From: Lingula anatina | Lineage: Eukaryota > Animalia > Brachiopoda | Assembly (NCBI GenBank): GCA_051362555.1 | Contig: CM120646.1 | Location: 19,964,001 to 20,028,000, forward strand | Length of the DNA: 64,000 bases | Direction of reading: 5' to 3' | In this document: piece after piece, positions 51,613 to 64,000 of the stretch | Layout of the letters: every line of letters starts with the position of its first letter | How positions within the stretch are numbered: position 1 is the first letter of the stretch | Notes under the pieces: model-generated | The model's database searches: none | What the model was told of the DNA's origin: nothing | The model's input: only the letters and a program-made list of their open reading frames with translations | Program-made: the position numbers and the translations under genes

Positions 51613-54600
51613 CATTAAACCATAACAGATTAAAGACAAACCATTCATCAAGTCACCATTACCTTGAGTTGTGTTTAAGAGACTCCCAGGAAATCAAGTT
51701 CCAGGAAAGCAAAGCTAGTGTTAATGAAACTATATCTTCTCTTCTCTTCTGTTTTGACAAACTAACACTGAATCCCCCATGATAACCCTCTGACTGCTCT
51801 TTCATTATCAGAGGCCCCGTACAAGGTGTGTTTATCACTGGGGCCTGCGCTGGGATATCTGTTCATCAGAGACCCTGTGGAGGACCATATCTATCATGAG
51901 GCCCACCAAGGGGTGTGTCGTGGAGAGGCCTGCCATGGGGTGTCTTTTTTAATGGTGTCAGTTGTGGGATCTTGTCAGCAGCTAAGAGTTATGAACCTAC
52001 GTGGGCATGCCCCTGCTTGTGCATGCACAAACGCAGGACTGGTCACTGTGCAGGGGGAGGTTAGAAAGAAGCAGCCTTTTAGCCAAAAAAAAAGGTCCAT
52101 TCTGATTCAAAATTTGAACTGAGGGGGTTAAAAGTCTAGTTTCAGAAATAAATTGCAAGCTACAGGCCTGGTCTATTACAGAAACTACAGATTGCTTGTA
52201 CATTAACAGAGTAAACCAGAAAAAATAATAATTAAGTAATATTAAATAAGAAAAACTCAAGGATCATTGTGTATTAGGTTATAATTAGACACAATTTAAG
52301 ACTTACATTATTTATGTTTTCACTTTTCCAATACATGCAAGATAGTCTCACTATTCTTAGATCACCATTTATAAGGCGGGACTTTTTTGAGAATGAGGAG
52401 GAGGCTGAGGAAGAGGAAGAGGAATAAGAGAACCTGTTACAGAGGAGACAAACTGTGACATGCCACAGAACAGACTGAATGGGCCTCCATATCTACTGAT
52501 TATATGGTTTCATTTGATAAGTGAAAACTGGTGCTGATATAGATAGGGAAGGGTGTTCTCCCAAAGGTGGGGCAGACATTACAGTCCTGCAGAGACAAGC
52601 AAGTCCGAACCAGTTGTCAGTTTAGTTACCAGTTTGTAGTTGTTAGTTGTGACAACCTATCTTACCTCAACAACTATTTCACTACCATTAGCTGATCATA
52701 CAAAATCAATTGTTTTTCTAAGGGAATAAACATTTTCCATAATAATTAATCATTACAATAAAAAAAAAGTAAACAAACTCTTGCCATTCTCTTAACATGA
52801 GATTATTAAATTTACTTATTTTTCACAACTACCAACAGTAGAGAACAAAGAAGACACCCCACAGATACAATCCACCTATTGGCCTGTTTACAATTGGACT
52901 ACCTTACAACCAATACAGTCAAACAGGTGCCCCAAGAGCAGACTACACAGGGGGCCCAAGCAAGCCTTTGGATCTCAAAGACACTTTGCACCTTTTTAAT
53001 TAAGTCAACTTATTAATTTTTCCTTTTAAAATTTGTATTTTTATGGAAAGTGTGTAACCGTTTACTTGACCTTTACCAGATGATGAAAGAAGTATCTGCA
53101 TATTTTTAAGTTAACAAAATTTTAAGTTGATAACTCAAAATACGGAATTAAGAGAGGTTAGTACATGGAAATGGAACATTTGATAATTGCATTTTCTTTC
53201 CAATACTATTATTTTGCCCCTTTCAGCATTCTAAACTGTAAAATGTTAATAGAAACCCTTGGGTTTTTTCACCAACAAGATTGCATCAATTACTTTAAAA
53301 CTTTGTGTTTGAAAAGCGCAAAAGATAACTTTGAAAAAAATCTTTAAGCTTTATTTTAGTTCCCCATTAAGTAAATGAGCATACAGACATCAAGCATTGG
53401 ATTAAAATAATATCAAAGCTATGTGGTGAGGCTAATAACTGTTATTCTCTAATAACACATAATGTGGTAAAATCACATGTTGAAATGACTACAAAGCCAA
53501 CAACGCTCTTAACAAATTGTTCCCTAAAATAAAAATGCAAAGTGCCTTCCAATTCAATGTGGTTCAAAAATACAGGAAGATAGCACATTCCGTAGTCCTT
53601 GAAGACTATTAGGTTCTAGCACAGCATAAAGATTACCAAGATTTTCACAGCAGAATCCTTCGACTTATCTTTGATAATGCAGCCTCGTTGATAAGGTAAA
53701 AGGGAGCATCAGGTGCAAGAAACCAAGCTCTTCTATCAAATTTCCAGCCACATGCTTCCAATTTCTCCTATCAAAGTTTGAAATTGTGGAAGTCAGTTCA
53801 AGTGCTTACAATTTGTTTCTACTATGTTTTGGAATTGTAGGGACCTGTACGAGATTCAATCTCCGGTATCAAGGTTTAAAAACCTGGAAGTCGGAGCAAT
53901 GAAAATGTGTTTCTACTCCATTTTGAAATGGTTAAATTGGAAATCTTAAAAACTTGTAAAAAAAGTCCATTTTTAGCCAACAATTTTAAAAACCTAAAAA
54001 AAATCATCCATCCATCCATTTGCTACTATTGAGGTTACTATTTTAACTTACACTAGAAATGTTATGGACTTAAGTTTCTTGGAATCAATGGTCAAAGAAG
54101 CTGTTGGTTTCTGAGAAAAGAAGTATTAGTCAATTATTTAGGAGCTCAGTTTAGTAACATGTCCAATTATGTAGTAGACAAAATATCTGAGGTACAGATT
54201 TAATCATCTTTATAAATAGCCAACTTTACAAAAGCAAATTCGTGATGGTTATAAAAACATGGCCAATGAACTTGTCAGGGAAAATGGCGAACTCTGACCT
54301 GAAAGTCGCTGGCAGTTCCGAATAAGGTTCTTGCATGATCTGGACCAAGTACCATAAATATTTAGTCCTTGTTTGTTTACCAATGACCACTAACTGCTTA
54401 TGATAGTACAACATAACTGCCATTAAGACTGAAAATAAACTGGACTGACTATATATCTACAACTGCACACATCCAAAGGCTCAAAAGTGATTTAGACTCC
54501 AGAAAGAGAAATCCCAGAGTCCAGTGGTCAGCTCATTGGCCATTAAGAAGATCTGGATAACAAAGTGCCCCCCCCCCCCCCCCCCCTCTCCTACATGTGG

Positions 54601-57600
54601 CCCAGTCTTTCCTAGCAATCCAACTGCCTTTTTTCTTGGAGGGAATCTAAAAAACGTTTAAAGTTAAACTGGTACTGGACGCAGTCTAATAATCTGAAGT
54701 TTCCTTACAGCGCAAGAGCTATGCAAATAATCATTATCTGATGCAGAATAAATTGGAAGAGACTGACTCTCTCCTCTGCAGGAAAAGTTAGTTGGAAGAT
54801 GATCATCATACAGAAAACGATCCATCTTCCTCTTTCCTCTCACTTTCCAAATAAGAAGGAACAGGCTGATTATTAACTGATGAACTATTTTCTTGTGATT
54901 TTTATCAGTTGTGATGTTCTGTGACTTGTGTTTGGCAAACAGATTAATCAGACTATAAAGAATGGAGAGAGTATACTGAATCTCTTTGTCAGCTCAAAAG
55001 CTTCTCTATACTCTGGACACATTAGAAGCTTGGCAATAATTTTTTCTGTCCATCATTACTACGCAAGTCGGCAATGGCTAAACATTCCTACAACATGCAA
55101 AACTGAGAGGAATATCGAAAAAAATATTAACAGAAAACCCCCAAATCCTTGATCACAGGCCTCAAAGAATAGTTGGAATTGTGCAAAGCACAGCAACACT
55201 GGGTCGCATAGTGCAAAACCAGCAGAATGATGAACATCAGGCGTTCAATAATAAGAGCCAGCTTATAGTGTTGTGTAAGAATTTTAGAGAAATTCAGAAC
55301 AGCATCAATTTGTTGAGGAGTCTATGGCCAGTTGATAACCAAGCAAATCTGGGCTCTAATGAATGCCACACTTGCAGTTTTGAATTCAAAGAAGAAGACT
55401 TTTTTAAGTTTTTCATCCAGAGATTACTTCAAACCAAAAGTGTTCCACATTAATAACTCCCAAGGAGTAAACCTCTCACATAACTAAATTTTTCATTTTT
55501 TAACATTAATCAATTTAGTTGCTGGCAAAAATTCATTTTCATGTCATGCAAATCTCAATTAGGCATTTTTGTCTGCTGTAAGCCAAGATCAATCAGTATT
55601 AGTACAATTAAAATAAATATTGGGCCCATTTTACAACAGAGACAATTTGTTATTACTAGCTTTGGTCTATTATTTATTGGACCGGTTCACTTAACTTGAC
55701 CACAGCACTTATATCCTTAACCACAGAAGACCGAAGTGTTGGTTTAAAAGAGAAGATGAACATTCAGGCTAAAATATTTTATTTAGTATTTAACAAAATC
55801 ACCCCCTAGGATAACTGTGCCCATGACGTTGTTGGCAAGTGATGGGGTATAACCGCGGTGTTATAAACTAAACAGGTGAATCAAAAGCTGTACCTCAATA
55901 AAGTGGTCAATTGATTGAAGGCACGAGGCTCTCATCAACGGATCCAAATCACCACTGTATTTATTGATCTAGTGCCCTAGCTTTACTCACAGAATCTTCA
56001 AATTTTCTAATAGAGCTGGTGGCTTTATTAACATCATTGCCAACCAGATTTACATCAATGCCAACCTCGCAAAAATCAGTGTCATTTTGGCCTCAACTTA
56101 GAAAGCCAGATTATTTTATCACGAGATATAGGCACTGAGTGTCAGTTTTTCATTTTTAGTTAAAAAACTTTTAGTTTCAGGAACATAATCATCATAAGAC
56201 AATCACGCTTTTGAACAACCTCTTACCATACAAAGCCACAAACTTTAAAACCCTTTTTTGTGCCAAAAATATAATTATGTAATGATCTCTTAAAATAGTG
56301 GAGAATACATTTCCAGTTGTTGTCAATTTTTGGGCATTTCTACAATTATTCCTTAACATACAAAAAACGAAATGCAACATACTAAGTGTTTTATAGAGTT
56401 CTGTAGTATTCTAGTAAAAAAGACAAATTATCTCTTATTTGAATCAGTTCTGAACATTTTCCAAAGAGAAAATGCACATTTCATCAAATCTTTGATTTTG
56501 AAAGATCACCAAGGCAAGGTGCACTTAACTTCTGAAATTCTAGGAAACTTCCCATAGGATTAACAGACCACATATTTAAGCTGTCTTAGTCTCCAGGGTG
56601 TTCAAGTTTCTACACAAAGAGCACCAAAAACTTAGAAATCCTCAACATATGCAGACATTACCACAAAGAAAATACTATTTAAATTTACCTTACATTCTTT
56701 AAGCCTCCCAAAACTTCCATTTGTACATAAAAATAATATGAAATCAAGAAACTAGTTTAACAGGACTATATATTGTGGTTCAAATAGATACCACTGATAC
56801 AAAGATCATGCTTGTTTCCTGGAGTTGTGGGAAGAATCTGAGTAAATACTTGTTCTGTGTTAACAAACACCCTAGGAAAAAATCAAGTGATAAGATCTGT
56901 CCTAAAGGAACATGAGGATGCAAAGAAAACTTACAATTCTGGCCACAAGATGGTCTTGGATGGTTCTGGACTTTGGAGAGGGAGAGGTTGCAGGACAGCG
57001 AGGATACCTTCTGTTGCTATGTCAACCGAACACTCAGCGCAGCAGTAAGAGCCAGCAGCAACAAATGAAAATCAAGTCTTGAGAGATGGACGTTGAGTGC
57101 AAGCTAGCTTCTCTAACTGTCGGGTGTTCTGTAAGTAACTGTACTAATTCTTCAACAACTTACTCGTATGGAAATTCATCTAGAATAACACACACATCCT
57201 TCCTGCTTGGGATAATGAAGAATAAGATGGGCTCCCTAGCTTGTGAATGGCCAGCATGTGTTGGTGAACAGAGACTGACATCATCAGCAAACTATATATG
57301 GCAGCTCCCCTCTGGGGTGGCCACACCGCTCTCTACACACATTCAGGGCCCCATACTAAGGAAACAGGTGCCCCTGATTATGAATATGGTATAATGATAA
57401 TTGGGTCACTCAGGTTCCTGGCCTGCTGGGAGGAAGTGTGGCCTGTTGTTATGGATAGGAAATGGGGTTGATCTGGGTAGGGTATTACCCTGCTATAACC
57501 ACAGCTTCACATCCCCCACTCCTGCCTGCACTTACAACCTGTCCCCCCCTCATTACCACATATATCATTCCACCCTTTAAAGCGGGGATGCAAGTAAAGA

Positions 57601-60600
57601 AGGATCCATTTCTCACTACCGAGGGTAGACAGTCACCTGTTCCAGGTAACCCTGCTCCGCACCTGCCCGTCTCAAATCCACTTGCTCTCTGCCTTCTCTC
57701 ATCATACCCAGGGCTTGCATCTTCCTGCACCAGACTTTTGTTCTTCATTCAGCTGTACAGCGAGCATTTGTTGCCCCCAAAATTTGCTAGGAAATTACAG
57801 ACATTTTTGATAATTTCTGACTTTTATTCTAAAACAAGAAACAGCACCAGCATGCCCTTCCAGCTGACTAAAGTAATTGTTTCCAATGAATTTTTTTTGC
57901 CCATTGCATTATAAACGATTCCTTGTATACGTGATATTTTTATTGTAATGTAAAATATTGGTCCAGTAAATAGAAATTATCCAATTAATGTTAATGTGAC
58001 CTATTAAGTTAAAATAAAATTTTTAATTGCAAGTCAAGAGATACGGCTTTTTTCTGGAACACACTGGAATTTTTTTCATTATGACAGTCACTGATACTCC
58101 ACCATTTCTGTAAGAAATACCTATACACAATAAAAACTTTACTTAGCACACACTCCTTGCACCATTTCACACCTTTCGCTCCTTTGATTAGAGCAATCTC
58201 ATTGGTCAGTTAAATGTAGATCTCGGAGCACCAAAACATTGCGTTTCTCCTGGCCTTTAAAAGCACACGTGTGTTTTTGTTCCACGGCACACGAAGAAGC
58301 AAAAATATTGATGGAAACATACCACCCACGGCTACAGCTAACTGCACTTTGCAACTGTATTTACACGGCAGAGGAAACATCCCCAAAGGGAAGCTTTCAC
58401 AGTTTTAGGCCTCAAAATTTTGACTAAATACACAAATTCTTGGGTACTCAGAGAGCCTTGCTGCAGGTGTTGCCCCGGGAGGGAGAGGACAAAACTTTGT
58501 GTGTACGTGGCAGAAAATCAAAATATTTGAAAATAATCTGTTCGTTTTACAGCAATAACAATGATGCAGGTCAAGAGGGGGAAAAATGGAAAGAGAGTGA
58601 AGCCTACACCTGTGTACTTATAAATGAATACAAAGAATGGTGATCATTGTGAGCATAAATAAATAAAAACAGAATTGCATGAGGAAGTGAACCAGGAATA
58701 TAGAGACATGAACAATTAAAATGAGTGGATATGTCCTTTTCTTTCTTTTTATTTATTTACTTACTTTTTATTTTTTGCAGTTACATTATCAAGAATGAAA
58801 ACACATTCTTGATATAATTATCAAACCTAGACAGAATTCACTGGTTTTTTGATACTGTACACTCAAGTATCCATCATAACAACAACTGTTTGCATGTCAT
58901 GACCTAATGAACCATCTTGAATTGATATAAATATGGCTATTATCTTTGTCTGTTTCCCATCATAAATAGATAGTTATCCTTAATATGAGGTAAGACTTAC
59001 AAGGGGAGTCTCAAGGCACCTGGCAGTTTTGTTACTATTTCATCGACATTGTGGTATTTTGTTTGTGTATAGAAAGTAATTGTGAAGAGAAAACAATTTG
59101 CCAATACAAAATTCACACCTTGAATTTGTAAAAACATTGCATTCATTCATATTAATAGCCATATTTATATGCAATCTAGAATTTAATGTTATTTAACTGA
59201 TTACTCACAACTATTAAAATTGGACAGAGATCTTTAGGCTTTGTTGTTTGCTTTGAGTTGGAAAGAATGTTGTCTTTCAATACTGATAAATCTGACCTAC
59301 GAAAAAATAAAAATTCAGGTACGGTCATTTTGTGATAGCGTAATTCATACGCATGGCAGGTTTATAATGTTCATAAAAACCAATTTAACAAATGGGTTCC
59401 TGCCACTGCCCCACCAAGCTATACATCTCAATCTCTATCACTTGTCTTTATAGCCTCCAATTATGTTATTTTGCACATTTTCATTAACCAATTTCCAGAA
59501 TGTGTACCTCAGACCAAAACATTTATTTTGCAAGCAATGTCAAGCATCTTTCTCGATTGGAAATATGAGCATGGCGAATAATTTGCTAATCATGACAGAC
59601 ACATCAAACTAATGACATTAAACTATTCAAGGTAATTTTGTGCCAATAAAATAATGATTTGCGTAATTGAGATGGCCAGAGTATGCAATATATCTCAATT
59701 AAGGCCAAAACTGTCTACAGACCAGAATATGTCAAACTGACTGGAACGTATTTAAGTCATGCATATATCCTTGTATATTTGCCACCAATTTATTTTTTAC
59801 ACATTTATTCACACTGACAAGTGTTACAGAATTTATCACCTACACATTTCAGCCCTTCATACATTCCACTTGCCAACATGTATCTTGTCCTGCTACTTAC
59901 AAAATCATACTTTTGAAAAGCAACCAAACTTGGTTGTTGTTTAAAACTTCTCAAATGTTCTCCTTCAAATATCATGTTGACAATTTTTTGCCATAGTAGT
60001 CAATCACTTTTGTCTGAATGTAATGAGCTCGAGTATTTAATTACAATGTGCGCTCATTAAAAAGCACTCTTCTGATTGTATGCTCGATATACTTTCGATT
60101 TAGGCATCACTTTGTTATTCATTATATTTCATGTTCAACTTGTTGAAAATGTTTATCTTTTTTTTTTTTTAGCATTATATTGTTGTACCAGGTTACTTGG
60201 ATAAAATGAATCAAAATAATCAAAATTTATAAAATGCTCTAATGTTTTAGGATTGAAAAATGAGCTTCTTCTCAGAAGGTAAGAGATCAATGTCAGTTTA
60301 TGTGTTTCTGTTACAAAGAATATTTCTCCTTTTAAATTGCGTTTCAAAATAGGTCTACGCATGTGTGCTTGCTTTTTGAAACCTTTCAAAATAGGTCTCA
60401 TAAACAGCCTTACTAACTCATGGAAAACCTTGGCCAGTTAAAAAGCAAGTCTAAAAAAAATCTGAATGATTGCTTATAACATTTTCCTGCTACTTTAACT
60501 AACCCCTTGTCCTAAAAACCTATCTCTTTAATATTATTTTGATACATCTTCCTGCCTATTGTGAAAGACTTTGTCAAGTCAGGTCACCAAGAAAGTAAGT

Positions 60601-63600
60601 CAGATGTTCATCCCGTTGTCTAATATGGCCATTGGCTTGTCAACTTCACTTATCCGATTTAATCAAAATTAACAAATTCCACCTTAAAGCTTCTCTGTAA
60701 AAAGAAAAAGGTTGCAGAACTTCTGTCTTGTCCACAACTTATAAAGGTCCAACTCACTTTAAAATTTCACTACACCGAATTTATATCGATTTAGACGAAC
60801 TTTACAATCTGAGTGTTGTTGTAGTTGGGTTGAACTTATTTCAGTCTTATTTTAACGAGGTATGAACACGGCTACACACATCAGTGAGCGAGAAGTCCTG
60901 GAAATGTGGCGACCTCCCTTTCTCAATAAAAATTCACACAGACGTATTGATCAATTATTCAGTCTCTAATTTGAAATCCATGTTGAACTCGTACTTCAAT
61001 TTCAATAAATCACTTTAGAGTTTTAATTGGACAGCCTATCAAAGAGCTGGTAGCCCAAACTGCACAGCTCAGGCAACAGGGATTTGTGCTGTAGATGACA
61101 AAAATCACTTATTCAAATATTTTGTTTTTCAAGATAATTTTCAGTTTCTCATAATGAACCTTTACAATTTTCTACATCACCTTTTTAGTTAGGTGACTGA
61201 GTTTCTTTTCATTAAGAGAGTAAGTAATCAACGTAAAGACTCTGATAGCTTTACCAAATTTTACCCAAATTTTTCTTCAGGTAAGGTTCAACTTAGACAA
61301 GAAATAGACTTTTTAAAGTCAATGTGCCACTAAATTGTACCAGAATGATTTTTGTACATTTCCCCGGTAAAAACTCATAACACCCAGTCAATTTCAAGGC
61401 TAAGGCACTGTGTTTTGTGTGAATATTCACAAAACTATCCTTGGTAAGTGCACAACCTGGAAAACAGGTGATTAGGTGTGTTTTGTGTTTATTTTCCTTT
61501 TCTGTTTTTATCTCCTCAATTGTACTAAAAAAGCAGAGCCTCATATAACACCTGCCCTCCAGATTAATCAACTCCTCTTTACTGCTATGAGGACATGCCT
61601 TTAAAAAAAGGATGGGGGGGGGGAGGGGGGGGTAATTTATAACAGCAAATAATAAAAAGAGGAAAATGTCCCCAACCCCACTTTTATTTCCATTTTTGAA
61701 CATTTCATCAATTCCAGAAACTTTTTGTACAATATTTAAAATGTTTTTTACAAACAAAATTAGAAAATTCTCTTAAAATTGGACCATTTCACTTAAACTG
61801 CCAGGACTCTTTTGTTATGAAAGAAACACATGAATAATGTCATAAAAAAGTTAACTATTAAAAAAAGACATATAAAAATAATACTCATGGGCTGAATTTT
61901 AAATTTACTTTCTCTTTTTTACACAAAACTACCAAGTAATTTTCTTGTAAACAAAAATATGCTTTGGAACTTACAGAGAGAACAAATGGTTCAGATGGCA
62001 ACAGCATTGATGACATACGTGAAGGGGTCACAGTAAGCAGTATACATCCAGACATTAACTGTGTGTATATTGTGTTATAGCAGTAGGAAAAGTACATCCA
62101 GGGCTTAACAGAATGGGGGGGGGGGGGGGGGGGAGGAGGAGGTTATTGACTCCAAATTTTCCACTAATAGAACCTGTAGCAGATATATATAACGTAACAC
62201 ATAAAATGCAACATTTCATCTCAGCTATGCAATGTTACATGAGATACTGCATGTGAAACTCATGCACTAATGAGGCTGAAAAGTACCAGCCCACTGATGA
62301 TATATGGCTGCAACAAGTTTCTAAAATTCTCTCAGGTGTTCACATGCCTAATAATCGTCATGTTATCAGATATCACTCGAAAAAGACATTTTTTTCACAA
62401 ATTGTATCGGACACACACCATCTACTTTCATGTTGCGGTGTAAATAATAATTGAAATTTATAGACTGGTTCCCCTTCACAGCAAGAAAGTTTCTGATATT
62501 TGTCCACATGTTTATACCTTCAAGATTGTATGTTATCTTTACCAACAGCGAAATTTACATTACTAAACAAGAGAAAACGTGAGAAGTAGTGGGAACAAAT
62601 TTTAGGACACAGGACATGCAGTCCCAGGTTTGTCGTCTCAGATGGATTTAATCCCCCTGGTGGCGCAGAAACTGAGTCTTATTCTTTATGTAATTTTGTT
62701 AAAAGTCTTCATGTTATCTTAAGTTTCATATTATCATACATTGTATACATATCTGGGAGTTTTTTTTACTATTCACAAGAAATGCATCAATACGATAAAA
62801 GAGTCATCAATATCTATATCTTTTTTATCATCAATGATGAACAGAGAAAGCCTGAGTTAGTCTGTATTGCATAGAGGCAATTAAGGTGAAAACATAAATA
62901 TCATTTTAACGTCAGGTGATGAATGGTCACGCTAGGTGTTGAGTATTTCTGAACAATGTGTTCGTGAAGATATGGAACAATCACGTACTCTGAGAGTGGT
63001 AATTACCAATCACGGCTCCCAGGCCAGATAAAGGCTTGAGACCTGGGAAACAGGAATTGGGTACTTCACCTATATCTCACTTTGTGTTGGAGGAACTAAA
63101 TGTATCTCTCTATCTATATAATATCTTATTGATATATTATAAGATTTTGGAGAACAATCTTCTGTACTACCTTTCACTGTCAGTGTGAGAAACTCTCACA
63201 ATTACAAACTGCAATTCATTCAGTACACAACCCAACACAGGGTCAGTCACTCAGCTGTTCAAAAGTCTTCTTCATTGAATTTCATTATCCTGAGGATATT
63301 GGCTGATGTATTTTCCCCAGGTTAATTTGAGAATTCAGGATAGGTTAGGAATATATATGTGTGCGTGTATGCGTGCGTGTGTGTGTGTGTTAGGGTGAGG
63401 AGAATGTACCCACACACAAACACACACACTACATCTTGTTAAAATGTAACAATTTCCTTTGGATGGCATCTCTGCTACTAATAAATGATTAAGTTTCATT
63501 TGTTGTAAGTAGATTACTTTTCCTAGCTTTATCTGAAAAACTCTTGGGAACATGTTTAGGGTGACAATATACAGAATTTTAAATTCCTTCTTGAAAACCA

Positions 63601-64000
63601 GAAAAAAAAAGGAATTTTGTGTTTTTGTTAAATCACGAGATAGTTTCACTTCCAAAGACTCATAAAACTTCTAGGAAAGTCAGAAATGCCAACTTACCTT
63701 CTAATTTCTTTTTTACATAAATAACACTTATTTGCCTTAAAGTAAGCTAAGTCTCGTTTAATTTCGAAGTGTACCTAAGAACTGAAGGCAAAGTTTACTT
63801 TGAGACTTACAGTATTTTGCTACAGGTAAATATATTACTCAACATTTTCTTTCACTTGGTCCTGATACATAAGTATCTTATAAGGCCCAATATGAAAATG
63901 CACTGTTCTATCAACTTCCCAATTTAGATAATTGCATTTTAGCTATACACCAAATGTTGCAATCTTACATTAATTGGAATAATTTTGAAATAGTTGGATT

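Noticed and set aside
57130-57799. Higher-GC segment with TGTAA...TTACA ends and overlapping 100-150 aa ORFs; possible solo LTR or gene
   Set aside because: The flanks (GTTC versus GACA) give no TSD and the ORFs show no recognisable domain, so it is left unassigned.
61293-61757. 154-aa ORF, the longest in the track
   Set aside because: Low-information composition spanning a G-run, with no homology that I can recognise.

Overview
AT-rich, CpG-poor eukaryotic DNA. The repeat types suggest an invertebrate deuterostome (hemichordate-like), but that is inference only. The window holds one multi-exon minus-strand gene encoding a triple-KH-domain poly(rC)-binding protein (PCBP/hnRNP E/mub family, PCBP3-like). 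I assembled 11 well-supported GT-AG coding exons from 40255 down to 4401, plus a tentative terminal exon at 2212-2263 (about 431 aa with the shortest linker). The region 40.3-64 kb has no supportable coding sequence and is probably 5'UTR intron or upstream regulatory DNA. Introns carry Helentron/HINE-like elements, several MITEs, a solo LTR with a TSD, local duplications and microsatellites. The most unusual structure is in the KH2-KH3 linker. Exon 8 runs into a ~27-nt coding tandem repeat in which each unit carries its own in-frame 5' splice donor, and it is followed by a paralogous, frame-neutral cassette exon. Other leads are a duplicated decoy acceptor in KH3, a candidate alternative N-terminal exon, C-rich tracts that may be autoregulatory, and clustered transcription-factor motifs. 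Apart from those overlapping the exons, the six-frame ORFs appear spurious.
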